Below are positions 1 through 8,805 of a stretch of DNA of 24,000 nucleotides, one piece after another. The stretch is taken from the NCBI GenBank assembly GCA_033105485.1, contig CP136956.1, forward strand, positions 1,243,088-1,267,087, written 5' to 3'. The position numbers and the translations under genes were made by a program. Each line of letters opens with the position of its first letter. The stretch's first letter is position 1. The notes beneath the pieces are model-generated. The model made no database searches. It worked only from the letters and a program-made list of their open reading frames with translations, and was not told the origin of the DNA. This stretch comes from Mollicutes bacterium LVI A0078. GTDB lineage: Bacteria; Bacillota_I; Bacilli_A; UBA3375.

Positions 1-1901
1 TTACTGACTCTGAATATGAGTGTAATACTGGTGGACAGTTTGAAAATTGTTCTATAGAGGATACCGAAGAAGCAGCTAATGCAATGGCAAAGGCCCTTGA
101 CTTAGACGCTAGTGGCCGTGATTATATATTAGAGCGTTTAAACTATGGAGTAGATGGTGGAAAGTACGAAGTTACATTCGGAACAGCCGGAAAAAATATA
201 ACCTTATCACAAAAGAAAGCGTTAGAAAAATTAGATTATCCGTGGTTACAGTTTGATGCACAAGAGTTACGTTTCTATCCATATGGTGATTTCGCATCGT
301 ATGTTGTTGGTTATACAACAACAGATGAAGAAGGAACTATTAATGGGGCCTTAGGTGTTGAGAAGGCGCTTGATGGTCACTTAAAAGGACAAGATGGTCT
401 TGAAGTAGGACAATTTGATACATATGGTATTGAGTTAACAACAGAGCAACAATCAGCAATTCCAAAAATTGATGGTACAGATGTATACTTAACAATTGAT
501 AGTGTAATTCAAACGTACTTAGAAAATTCTATGGAGAAAGCGTTGAGTGCTGACGATGTTAAGGATATTGATTATGAAGGTCTATTTACAATTGTAATGG
601 ATGCGAAAACTGGGGATATCCTAGCAGCTCAAAGTTTACCGTCGTTTGATCCAAATGTACGTAAGATAGATAACTATACTAACTACTTTACAGATTATTG
701 TTTCGAACCAGGTTCTACATTTAAAGCTGCAACAGTAGCAGCTGCAGATGAAGCAGGAGTTTGGAATGATACTATTACAGAACCGACAGGTGAACGTTCT
801 GCAAGTACTTGGGGTGGTTCAAAAATTAAAGACTGGAATGATGCAGCTGGTTGGGGTAATATTACATGGAATCAAGGGTTCTACTTTTCTTCAAATACAG
901 TAATGACATATATTATGGATCAAATTCCTAAGGATTTCTGGATTGACTTTGTTACTAATAAACTATTAATTGGTACACCGGTTTCAACTCAGTTCTTTGA
1001 GACGCCAAGTTGTGTCTTTAATCCAAAGTATGATGTAGAATATGCAACTTCTTCATTCGGACAAGGGATCACAGTTAATGTATTACAATTATTAAGAATG
1101 TATAGTGCTTTAGTTAATGATGGAACTATGGTTACGCCACACATTGTTCAAGAAGTTAAGGATAGTGACACTGGTGAAACAATTTATACAGATGAAGATT
1201 TAGAAGTAATCGAAAATGTAGTAAGCCCAGAAACGAGTGAACACATTCGTAACTTATTACGTGGAGTAGTAACGTATGATGACGGTATTAACCAAGGTAC
1301 TGGTTCGAACTACCTAGGTAGTGATTATGACATTGGTATGAAAACGGGTACTGCGCAAATTGCCGGGGACAATGGACAGTATTTAAAAGATTTATACTTA
1401 TACTCAACAATGGCAGTAGCGCCAGCAGATGACCCACAAATTCTTGTTTATACTGCGGTTATTAAACCAGAAGCAAATAAATATAACATTTCATATAAAG
1501 CGTTCCCACAATATGTTAAAGAAGTGGTGGACAATTCATTAAGTTATTTAAACAGTGAAAACCGCGCAGTTGATTTAGAGGAAGAAGTTGACTTATCGGA
1601 AACTAGAAACTTTATCGGAACAGATATTGCAACAGCAGAAGGATCACATCTTATTAAAATCGGAACTGGAGAAGTAACTGCTCAATATCCAAAAGCAGGA
1701 CAAAAAGTATCTAGCGAACAAAGGGTTATATTATTTGGTACAGATGGACTAACTTTCCCGGATGTTACTGGATATACATATAATGAAACTGTTGCAGTTT
1801 GTAATCAACTTAGTGTTACGTGTCAATTTGAGAATACAGGAACACGTGTTAGCGAAGTAGTTAATGAAAGCAAGAATAAATATAAAATTAAAATGGAGTA
1901 A
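1..1901 (+). CDS. Class B penicillin-binding protein (PBP2B/FtsI-type transpeptidase with two C-terminal PASTA-like repeats), 5'-truncated by the window edge
   Basis: The frame of ORF 84..1901 stays open back to nt 3. No membrane anchor follows the Met at 84, so the gene starts upstream of the window. Transpeptidase motifs are visible: STFK (SxxK), SSN (SxN) and KTGT. The C-terminal ~130 aa carries two PASTA-like units. mraY starts 4 nt after the stop. Confidence 0.9.
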   Translation, partial: TDSEYECNTGGQFENCSIEDTEEAANAMAKALDLDASGRDYILERLNYGVDGGKYEVTFGTAGKNITLSQKKALEKLDYPWLQFDAQELRFYPYGDFASYVVGYTTTDEEGTINGALGVEKALDGHLKGQDGLEVGQFDTYGIELTTEQQSAIPKIDGTDVYLTIDSVIQTYLENSMEKALSADDVKDIDYEGLFTIVMDAKTGDILAAQSLPSFDPNVRKIDNYTNYFTDYCFEPGSTFKAATVAAADEAGVWNDTITEPTGERSASTWGGSKIKDWNDAAGWGNITWNQGFYFSSNTVMTYIMDQIPKDFWIDFVTNKLLIGTPVSTQFFETPSCVFNPKYDVEYATSSFGQGITVNVLQLLRMYSALVNDGTMVTPHIVQEVKDSDTGETIYTDEDLEVIENVVSPETSEHIRNLLRGVVTYDDGINQGTGSNYLGSDYDIGMKTGTAQIAGDNGQYLKDLYLYSTMAVAPADDPQILVYTAVIKPEANKYNISYKAFPQYVKEVVDNSLSYLNSENRAVDLEEEVDLSETRNFIGTDIATAEGSHLIKIGTGEVTAQYPKAGQKVSSEQRVILFGTDGLTFPDVTGYTYNETVAVCNQLSVTCQFENTGTRVSEVVNESKNKYKIKME

Positions 1902-1904
1902 ATT

Positions 1905-2909
1905 ATGTATTACCTAGTTATCGCAATTATTGCGTACTTTTTAGAAATTTTGTTTGGTAAGAAATACTTACAATGGATCGAGAAGAAGAACTTTGTTCAA
2001 CCTCTTCTTGATATTGGTCCTGATCATGCCCAAAAGCAAGGGACACCAACAATGGGAGGAATTAGTTTCATTTTCGCAATTATTGTGTCATCAATAGTTG
2101 CTCTTATAGGTTTAACAGTAACTGGAAATGAAAGTAATATGTTATTAATCTTACTTATTGTTTTAATCGCGTATGCATATATTGGATATCGTGATGATAT
2201 TTTAAAAGTAACAAAAAAAGACAATGGTGAAGGTTTAAGTCCTAAGCAAAAACTTATAGCTCAATTCGCTGTTGCAGTTGTTACTGTTATTTACTTAGTA
2301 TTAGTACACTTTGATATGCAATTATCAATTAATATTTTAGATATTGACATTGAAGTTACATCAACTATTGGGTTATTAGTTTATAGTGCAATTGTTATCT
2401 TCTTATTTATGGGAGTATCAAACGCAACAAATTTAACTGATGGTTTAGATGGATTACTTGCATCAACGTATATTGTTAGTTTCTTAGCAGTTGCTGTTAT
2501 TGCATATAATCAAGCACAAGTTCAAATTGTAGTATTTGCAATCATTGTTATCTTCAGTTTATTTGGATTCTTAAAATTCAATTCAAATCCAGCACGTATG
2601 TTTATGGGTGATACTGGAAGTTTGGCTTTAGGTGGATTACTTGTTATCACAACAATTTTATTACACGTAGAGCTGATGATTTTCTTCTTTGGATTTGTAT
2701 TCTTATTAGAAACATTAAGTGTTATTATGCAAGTTACATACTTTAAATACACAAGAAAAAAATATGGTGAAGGACGTAGACTATTTAAGATGGCTCCATT
2801 CCACCACCACTTAGAAAAAGAAGGGTATAGCGAGAAGAGAATTGTTTTCATTTTATGTACAGTTCAGATAATTACTTCAATAATTGGTCTTCTAGTTTAT
2901 TTCTTATAA
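1905..2909 (+). CDS. mraY: Phospho-N-acetylmuramoyl-pentapeptide transferase
   Basis: 334-aa polytopic membrane protein with MraY signature stretches NATNLTDGLDGL, MGDTGSLALGG and APFHHHLE. Position between the PBP gene and murD fits dcw synteny. Confidence 0.95.
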   Translation: MYYLVIAIIAYFLEILFGKKYLQWIEKKNFVQPLLDIGPDHAQKQGTPTMGGISFIFAIIVSSIVALIGLTVTGNESNMLLILLIVLIAYAYIGYRDDILKVTKKDNGEGLSPKQKLIAQFAVAVVTVIYLVLVHFDMQLSINILDIDIEVTSTIGLLVYSAIVIFLFMGVSNATNLTDGLDGLLASTYIVSFLAVAVIAYNQAQVQIVVFAIIVIFSLFGFLKFNSNPARMFMGDTGSLALGGLLVITTILLHVELMIFFFGFVFLLETLSVIMQVTYFKYTRKKYGEGRRLFKMAPFHHHLEKEGYSEKRIVFILCTVQIITSIIGLLVYFL

Positions 2910-2910
2910 T

Positions 2911-4137
2911 ATGAAAATTAAAAGTTTGAATAATAAAAAAATAGCATTACTAGGCTTCGGTGTTACTGGACGTGAAGTCTATAAGTGTTTAGATGTAGAA
3001 TATGATATTACAATTATTAATGATAATCCTGTCGATGATTTTGATACTAAAACAGTTGAGCAGGTTGCAGATATTAAATTTGATATCATTATTAAGAGTC
3101 CTGGTGTACCTTATTCTCATCCTTTCTTACAAGGGAGAGATTGTGTTATAACAAATGATATAGAACTTGCATATGAAGTTATTGTTGATAATATGCTTGA
3201 TACTAAGATTATTGCAATTACAGGTACAAATGGTAAAACAACAACAACACAGTTCATTAGTGATGTGCTAGCAAGTGCAGGATTCAAATCATACACTTGT
3301 GGAAACATCGGGCAAAGTCCATTATTAATATTAAATCAAACATTAAATGTTGATTATCTAGTAATGGAACTTTCTTCTTATCAACTTAAGCAAGTTAATA
3401 AATTCCACCCTAACTTTGGATTATTTTTAAATGTATCACCAGATCATATTGATTATCATGGAGATTTTGCAGACTACTTAAATAGTAAATGTAATTTATT
3501 TAAAAATATGACAAGTAATGATTGTTTAGTTTTAGATGAGACAATGGTTGCTGAACATAACGAAGTTAAGTGGCCATCGTTTGCAATCGGTGGTGCTGAT
3601 GAAAGTTTATTAGCTGAAGTTACAACAGTATCTATGCCCAAGCAAAACTATAGATTAATTTTCAATCTATTACTTAAAGCAGGAATCGCTAGTGAGTTTA
3701 TTATTAATAGTCTTAATAATTTTGCTGGACTTGAACACCGCTTAGAATTAGTTGAAAATGACTTAGGCTTTAGAGTGATTAATGACTCTAAAGCAACCAA
3801 TGTTAATGCAACTAATGTTGCTATTAGTAATTTAAATGGACCAACAACCTTAATTGTTGGAGGTAGCATTAAAGTTGAGGACTATACTCTTTTAAACTAC
3901 CAAGACAGTAATTTAAAAAATATTATTGCATATGGTGCAGCAAAGGATAAATTCTCATTTATCCCAAATGTTCAAATGTTTGATGATTTTGAACAGGCAG
4001 TTTTATTTGCAGTAGGAAAAACATCGTCTGGTGAAACACTATTACTTTCACCGGCGTGCGCAAGTTTCGATCAACACCCAAATTATGGCGAGCGAGGGAA
4101 ACAATTTAAACAAATAATTAAGGGGACAAATGAGTAA
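2911..4137 (+). CDS. murD: UDP-N-acetylmuramoylalanine--D-glutamate ligase
   Basis: N-terminal GFGVTG Rossmann-like loop, Mur-ligase P-loop GTNGKTTT, NVSPDHIDYHG and DSKATNVNAT. At 408 aa it seems somewhat shorter than the MurD proteins I recall. Confidence 0.9.
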   Translation: MKIKSLNNKKIALLGFGVTGREVYKCLDVEYDITIINDNPVDDFDTKTVEQVADIKFDIIIKSPGVPYSHPFLQGRDCVITNDIELAYEVIVDNMLDTKIIAITGTNGKTTTTQFISDVLASAGFKSYTCGNIGQSPLLILNQTLNVDYLVMELSSYQLKQVNKFHPNFGLFLNVSPDHIDYHGDFADYLNSKCNLFKNMTSNDCLVLDETMVAEHNEVKWPSFAIGGADESLLAEVTTVSMPKQNYRLIFNLLLKAGIASEFIINSLNNFAGLEHRLELVENDLGFRVINDSKATNVNATNVAISNLNGPTTLIVGGSIKVEDYTLLNYQDSNLKNIIAYGAAKDKFSFIPNVQMFDDFEQAVLFAVGKTSSGETLLLSPACASFDQHPNYGERGKQFKQIIKGTNE

Positions 4138-5191
4138 ATACATTGTTACAGGTGGAGGAACTGGAGGACATCTATATCCAGGACTGATGATTGCAAGAGA
4201 ACTTGCAAAAGAAGGTGAAGTAATTTACGTTGCTTCAAAAAACGGAATTGACTATGAAATTATTAGTGGTCAAGACATTGACTTTGAAGTGAAGTACTGG
4301 GACTTACGTGGTTTTAGCCGCTCATTTGCATTAAGTGCAATTATTCGTAACCTTGTTACTTTATTTAAATTAGTGCTAGTGAGTATTAAAAGTATTATGT
4401 TGTTATTAAAGTTTAGACCTGATACAGTTATTGGTGTTGGTGGATATATTTCATTCCCATTAGTTTTCTTTGGAAAGTTAGTTGGAGCTAAAACGGTAAT
4501 TCATGAACAAAATAGTTTTCCTGGTGTTACTAACCGCCAATTAGGAAAACGTGTAGATACAGTTATGGCAACATATCAGTCATCTAAGAAATACTTTGAT
4601 GAGCGTAAATTAGTAATGACATCAAATCCAAGAATTGATATTGCTAGCGAGTACATTGGTAAGAAATTTTATGATGTAACTGGAATGAATCAGACGAGAA
4701 CAAATATTTTAGTAGTTGGTGGAAGCCTTGGAGCAGAAGTTTTAAATGAAACAATTATTGAACTTGCAAAAGTAACTCCAGATAAAGATTTCTATCTAGT
4801 ATGTGGTAATCGTTATGCTGATGAGTATAAAGGTTTAAACATTGAAAACTTAAAAATAATAAGTTATTTAGATCAACCATTTGAATACTTTGCAACTGCA
4901 GATGTAGTTGTATCTCGTGCTGGAGCAACTACGTTACTTGAGTTAATCGCAATGGAAAAGCTTGTAGTAGCAGTTCCATCACCAAATGTTGTTGCTAATC
5001 ACCAAGTGGTAAATGCTAAGGAGTTTAGTCGTGAGTGTATGATTAAACTAATTCGTGAGGAGAACTTAGATTTAGAAGTTATTAGTAATGTTATAAATGA
5101 TATAATAGAAAACAAAGATAGTTACATTGCCAATGTACAGAAAAATAAACCGGTAAATGCAATGGAACAAATCTTAAAAATTTGTAAATAG
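4130..5191 (+). CDS. murG: Undecaprenyldiphospho-muramoylpentapeptide beta-N-acetylglucosaminyltransferase
   Basis: GGGTGGHLYPG N-terminal loop, GGSLGA and SRAGATTLLE. The start overlaps the murD stop (ATGAGTAA). Confidence 0.9.
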   Translation: MSKYIVTGGGTGGHLYPGLMIARELAKEGEVIYVASKNGIDYEIISGQDIDFEVKYWDLRGFSRSFALSAIIRNLVTLFKLVLVSIKSIMLLLKFRPDTVIGVGGYISFPLVFFGKLVGAKTVIHEQNSFPGVTNRQLGKRVDTVMATYQSSKKYFDERKLVMTSNPRIDIASEYIGKKFYDVTGMNQTRTNILVVGGSLGAEVLNETIIELAKVTPDKDFYLVCGNRYADEYKGLNIENLKIISYLDQPFEYFATADVVVSRAGATTLLELIAMEKLVVAVPSPNVVANHQVVNAKEFSRECMIKLIREENLDLEVISNVINDIIENKDSYIANVQKNKPVNAMEQILKICK

Positions 5192-5198
5192 GATAAAT

Positions 5199-6101
5199 AT
5201 GTTAAATGATTTTAAACAATTTGTAGAACAAAATGATTTAGGTGTACTTTTAGAAAATGAGTCAATGGTTCACCACACATATGTTAAGACTGGTGGACGA
5301 GTGAAAATGGTTTATGTACCACACTCGGTTGAGGCCCTAGCCAAAACATATAAGTTTATTAAAGATAATGAGATTAAGTACTATGTAATCGGACGTGGAT
5401 CAAACTTATTATTTAGTGATAATCCTGGAGAAATGGTTGTTATTAAATTAAGTAATATTTTAGATGACGTTGAGATTGTTGGAACTAATGTTGTTGTTGG
5501 AAGTGGTTTTTCACTTCAAGCTTTATCACGTAAAGTTAGTAAACTTGGATTATCTGGTCTTGAGTTTGCCGGTGGAATTCCAGGAGCAATGGGTGGATCT
5601 ACATTCATGAATGCTGGAGCTCATACAGGTGATTTAAGCCGTGTTATTACTCGTGTGACTACAGTTACAAGCAGTGGAAATATTAAGCACTATACTAATG
5701 AAGAGTGTCAATTTAGCTATCGTCACTCTATCTTCCAGGAAAATGATGACATAATTGTTGAAATTGAAATGGAACTTGAGCAATGTGAGATTGCTGAAGT
5801 GTTTAAACGTATGAGTGGTAACTTAGAATACCGTAAAGAAATGCAACCATTAAATATGCCTTCTTTCGGTTCTACGTTTAGAAATCCAAAGGGTGAACAT
5901 GCTGGACGCCTTGTTGAATTAGTTGGACTTAAAGGTTATAAAATTGGTGGAGCGCAAATTTCTGAAAAGCATGCAAACTTCATTGTTAATTTTGATTTAG
6001 CAACAACTCAAGATTACATTGATTTAATTGAACTTGCAAAGTCTCGAGTTAAAGCAGAAACTGGCTTTGAGTTAGAAACTGAAGTTAGAATTGTTGAGTA
6101 A
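5199..6101 (+). CDS. murB: UDP-N-acetylenolpyruvoylglucosamine reductase
   Basis: FAD-binding GRGSNLL, GGIPGAMGGSTFMNAGA and FGSTFRNP. 300 aa. Confidence 0.9.
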   Translation: MLNDFKQFVEQNDLGVLLENESMVHHTYVKTGGRVKMVYVPHSVEALAKTYKFIKDNEIKYYVIGRGSNLLFSDNPGEMVVIKLSNILDDVEIVGTNVVVGSGFSLQALSRKVSKLGLSGLEFAGGIPGAMGGSTFMNAGAHTGDLSRVITRVTTVTSSGNIKHYTNEECQFSYRHSIFQENDDIIVEIEMELEQCEIAEVFKRMSGNLEYRKEMQPLNMPSFGSTFRNPKGEHAGRLVELVGLKGYKIGGAQISEKHANFIVNFDLATTQDYIDLIELAKSRVKAETGFELETEVRIVE

Positions 6102-6997
6102 TGGAAATTAAAAAAAGCGAGCAGAAAGTTGCACCAAAGCGTAAGCCTTCAGCGGTGCCCAAGCCAGAACCACAAAAACCAGTTCAAACTGTTGACATTG
6201 AACAGTTACCAAAAGTAAAATCAGAAACAGATTATAAGACTCAAAAAGAAACAGAATCAATTAAACAAAAACGTGAGCAAATGTTTAAAGATGAGCAAGT
6301 CCGTCAAACACGTATTAAGGCACAAGCGATTATTGCTCGTAAGAATATGCGTGTATTCCAAATTACATTAATTGTAACACTTGCATTATTACTAATCTTT
6401 GCCCCTATTTATTCGAATCAAAACTTTAAAGTAGGAGAACTTGATTACTTAACAATGGATGATATTCAAATCGACCATCCATTAGGTGATTATTTTAGCC
6501 CATATCAATATCTACGTTACAAACGTGAACTTGAGACTGGTAGTCCTTTTATTAAAAGTGTAAAACTTAAATATAATATGAAAGAAATGCAAGTGGTTGT
6601 TGATATAACTGAATATAAACCACTTGCAAAAGATGTAGAAAATAATGTCTTCTTTTATGAAGACGATGAGGTTATTAAGGAATCTAATTTAAATTTATAT
6701 GCACCAGTAATAAGTGGTTTTAACCAAAAGAACTTAGCTAAGTTACTTAAAAATATGCAAACTTTAGATTATGATGTAATTATGCAAATCGATACAATAG
6801 AGTATGTTGGAACCGAAGAGGATCCTGATTTATTAAAATTAGGTATGGATGGAGATCATACTGTATATATAGATATGGGGCAAATGAAAAATAAACTTCC
6901 ATACTATAACCAAATCAAGCAAATAATTGATGATAAGGCTGATGGTAAGCCAGGTATCATCCACTTAGAACTAGGAGATTATTATGAGCCAAAATAA
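6101..6997 (+). CDS. divIB: Cell-division protein DivIB/FtsQ-like (bitopic)
   Basis: TAATG overlap with murB. It has a ~90-aa Lys/Pro/Gln-rich cytoplasmic tail, one TM helix (VFQITLIVTLALLLIFAPIY) and a ~190-aa external domain where POTRA/FtsQ domains sit. The call rests mainly on synteny and architecture. Confidence 0.6.
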   Translation: MEIKKSEQKVAPKRKPSAVPKPEPQKPVQTVDIEQLPKVKSETDYKTQKETESIKQKREQMFKDEQVRQTRIKAQAIIARKNMRVFQITLIVTLALLLIFAPIYSNQNFKVGELDYLTMDDIQIDHPLGDYFSPYQYLRYKRELETGSPFIKSVKLKYNMKEMQVVVDITEYKPLAKDVENNVFFYEDDEVIKESNLNLYAPVISGFNQKNLAKLLKNMQTLDYDVIMQIDTIEYVGTEEDPDLLKLGMDGDHTVYIDMGQMKNKLPYYNQIKQIIDDKADGKPGIIHLELGDYYEPK

Positions 6998-7511
6998 AAA
7001 TATTAAAGTATTTGTTAATATCTTATCAATATTGCGTGTAGCAATGATTCCAGTGTTAGTTATTATTGAACCCAAAATTTCAGTTTTAGCTTTCTTTGTT
7101 ATTGTTAACTTATTATTCATCACGGACTTCTTTGATGGATATTTGGCAAGAAAATACGATGCGACATCTGAGATGGGAGCTTTACTTGACTTATTAGGAG
7201 ATAAATTACTTGTAGCGTATTTAATGCTTTGGGCATTATTTACTGGTAAACTAGGAATTGTAATCGTATTTTTAGTAATTTTAAGAGAAATACTTTCAAT
7301 GGTAATTCGTTTTATCAAAAATAGAAGTGAACATTCTAACAATAGTATCCCAGCAAGCTTCTGGGGAAAATTTAAAACGACAATGCAATTCATCGCATTC
7401 GATATGTTACTATTAACTATTCCTGGATACCAAATTGCATTCATTATCGTTTTAATTTTAGGATACTATTCACTTTTTACATACTTTAAAGTATTTTTAG
7501 GAAAGGAATAA
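6984..7511 (+). CDS. pgsA: CDP-alcohol phosphatidyltransferase (PgsA-like)
   Basis: Complete family motif DG-x2-AR-x8-G-x3-D-x3-D in DFFDGYLARKYDATSEMGALLDLLGDK. The RBS AGGAGA lies 5 nt upstream of the ATG. 14-nt overlap with divIB. Confidence 0.8.
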   Translation: MSQNKNIKVFVNILSILRVAMIPVLVIIEPKISVLAFFVIVNLLFITDFFDGYLARKYDATSEMGALLDLLGDKLLVAYLMLWALFTGKLGIVIVFLVILREILSMVIRFIKNRSEHSNNSIPASFWGKFKTTMQFIAFDMLLLTIPGYQIAFIIVLILGYYSLFTYFKVFLGKE

Positions 7512-7516
7512 TCTAA

Positions 7517-7975
7517 ATGAACGAGATTTTATTTGTCGCAATAATGGGGATGGTACTTGCACAACTGATCAAGTTTCCAATCTACTATTTAAAACATGGT
7601 AAAGTATATCCGCCGATTATTTTATCAACGGGATCAATGCCATCGTCGCATACATCATTTGTAGTATCACTTGCTACAGCTGTAGGTATATCATCAGGTA
7701 CTAATTCTGCTGTATTTGCAGTAGCAGTTGTATTTGCGATGATCACGTTACATGATGCAGTAAAAGTACGTGGTGAAAGTGGTAAGCAAGCTGTAGTAAT
7801 AAATGAACTAGTTTTAATGGTTGATGAATTAGGTCAATCAATTAATCCCAAGAATGACAGAGCTGTAAGACAAGATAAATTAAAGACATTAATTGGTCAT
7901 ACAGGTAGTGAAGTGTTAGCAGGACTAATTTTAGGATTAGTATGGCCACTTATCTATTTTTTATTAGTAAAATAA
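7517..7975 (+). CDS. Divergent PAP2 / acid-phosphatase-related membrane protein (DUF212, YuiD-like)
   Basis: 152 aa with about 4 TM segments and the motifs GSMPSSHTS, HDAVKVRGESGKQA and GHTGSEVLAG, which are typical of this family. Confidence 0.7.
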   Translation: MNEILFVAIMGMVLAQLIKFPIYYLKHGKVYPPIILSTGSMPSSHTSFVVSLATAVGISSGTNSAVFAVAVVFAMITLHDAVKVRGESGKQAVVINELVLMVDELGQSINPKNDRAVRQDKLKTLIGHTGSEVLAGLILGLVWPLIYFLLVK

Positions 7976-7978
7976 ATG

Positions 7979-7987
7979 TGCTATAAT
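7979..7987 (+). promoter_or_regulatory. Candidate extended -10 promoter (TGcTATAAT) for infC
   Basis: TGCTATAAT lies 26 nt upstream of the infC ATG and overlaps the end of the preceding gene. No convincing -35 box. Confidence 0.35.
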
Positions 7988-8012
7988 TAATGTATAAACG
8001 AAAGGTAGGAAA

Positions 8013-8549
8013 ATGAGAAACAACAACAATAAAGGTAGAAAAAATCAAGATATCATGAATGATAAAATTAGAGCTAAAGAAGTTAGACTAATTGACGAGA
8101 CGGGGGAAAATAGAGGAGTAGTTTCAACACGTGATGCATTACAACGTGCTGAAGATAACGACTTAGATTTAGTATTAATTTCACCAAACTCAAATCCACC
8201 AGTAGCAAAGATTATTGACTACGGTAAGCATAAGTTTGAACAACAAAAGCGTAAAAAAGAACAACAAGCAAATGCAAAGAAAACAACAACAAAAGAAGTA
8301 CGTTTATCACCAACAATCGATAAAGGTGACTTTGAAGTTAAAATGAAGCAAGCTCGTAAGTTCTTAGAAAAAGGAGACAAAGTACAGTTTGCTCTTCGTT
8401 TCCGTGGACGTATGATCACTCATAATGAAATCGGTAGAGATGTAATCAATCGTGCAGTAGAAGCAGTATCTGATATTGCCGATGTAGAACAAAAAGCAAA
8501 AATGGATGGACGTCGTATGTTCGCAGTTGTTGCACCTACAAAAAAATAA
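8013..8549 (+). CDS. infC: Translation initiation factor IF-3
   Basis: [58 protein letters not shown] plus the C-domain [31 protein letters not shown]. The RBS AAAGGTAGG lies 3 nt upstream of the ATG. N-terminal Asn/Lys-rich extension. Confidence 0.9.
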   Translation: MRNNNNKGRKNQDIMNDKIRAKEVRLIDETGENRGVVSTRDALQRAEDNDLDLVLISPNSNPPVAKIIDYGKHKFEQQKRKKEQQANAKKTTTKEVRLSPTIDKGDFEVKMKQARKFLEKGDKVQFALRFRGRMITHNEIGRDVINRAVEAVSDIADVEQKAKMDGRRMFAVVAPTKK

Positions 8550-8563
8550 TAACTATAATTTAA

Positions 8564-8592
8564 AGTATTAGACTTTGGTCTGATACTTTTTT
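8564..8592 (+). terminator. Rho-independent terminator after infC
   Basis: 10-bp stem AGTATTAGAC/GTCTGATACT with one G-U pair, loop TTTG, then T5. Confidence 0.75.
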
Positions 8593-8759
8593 GCCATTAA
8601 TTAGAGTTTTATGTGACTGTTTTTTCCAATGGGTATTTTTAAATTTATTTTTTCCAGGAAAATTTAACCGATGTTTTCGGATTTTTACACCAAAATTAAG
8701 AAAAAATTTTCCGATAGTGCAAGAAAGTGTAACAAATATTTTATTTTTAGTTGATTTTT

Positions 8760-8768
8760 TGTTATAAT
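8760..8768 (+). promoter_or_regulatory. Extended -10 promoter (TGtTATAAT) for gap
   Basis: TGTTATAAT lies 38 nt upstream of the ATG at 8806 and is preceded by a T-tract-rich region. The RBS GGAGG at 8797-8801 follows. Confidence 0.5.
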
Positions 8769-8805
8769 AATAGTGTCGAAAAAAAACAATTTTATTGGAG
8801 GATTA

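Noticed and set aside
8751-8756. TTGATT as the -35 box of the gap promoter.
   Set aside because: It lies only 6 nt upstream of the TATAAT hexamer, which is far too close. The promoter is better explained as an extended -10 (TGnTATAAT) type.
8593-8772. A degenerate rpmI/rplT gene, an L20 leader, a CggR operator or a cre site between infC and gap.
   Set aside because: No frame has an ORF resembling L35 or L20. I see no CGGGAC...TGTC direct repeats. The cre-like stretch TGCAAGAAAGTGTAA lacks the central CG of the cre consensus.
8773-8805. ORF-track N-terminal extensions: gap from GTG 8773, AT3 from 11480, PadR from 11809, the HAAS-like gene from GTG 12512, the exported protein from GTG 13050 and yneF from GTG 13908.
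   Set aside because: In each case an internal ATG a few codons downstream has a properly spaced GGAGG-type RBS and restores the family-typical N-terminus. The extensions would also overlap promoters, terminator hairpins or the RBS itself.
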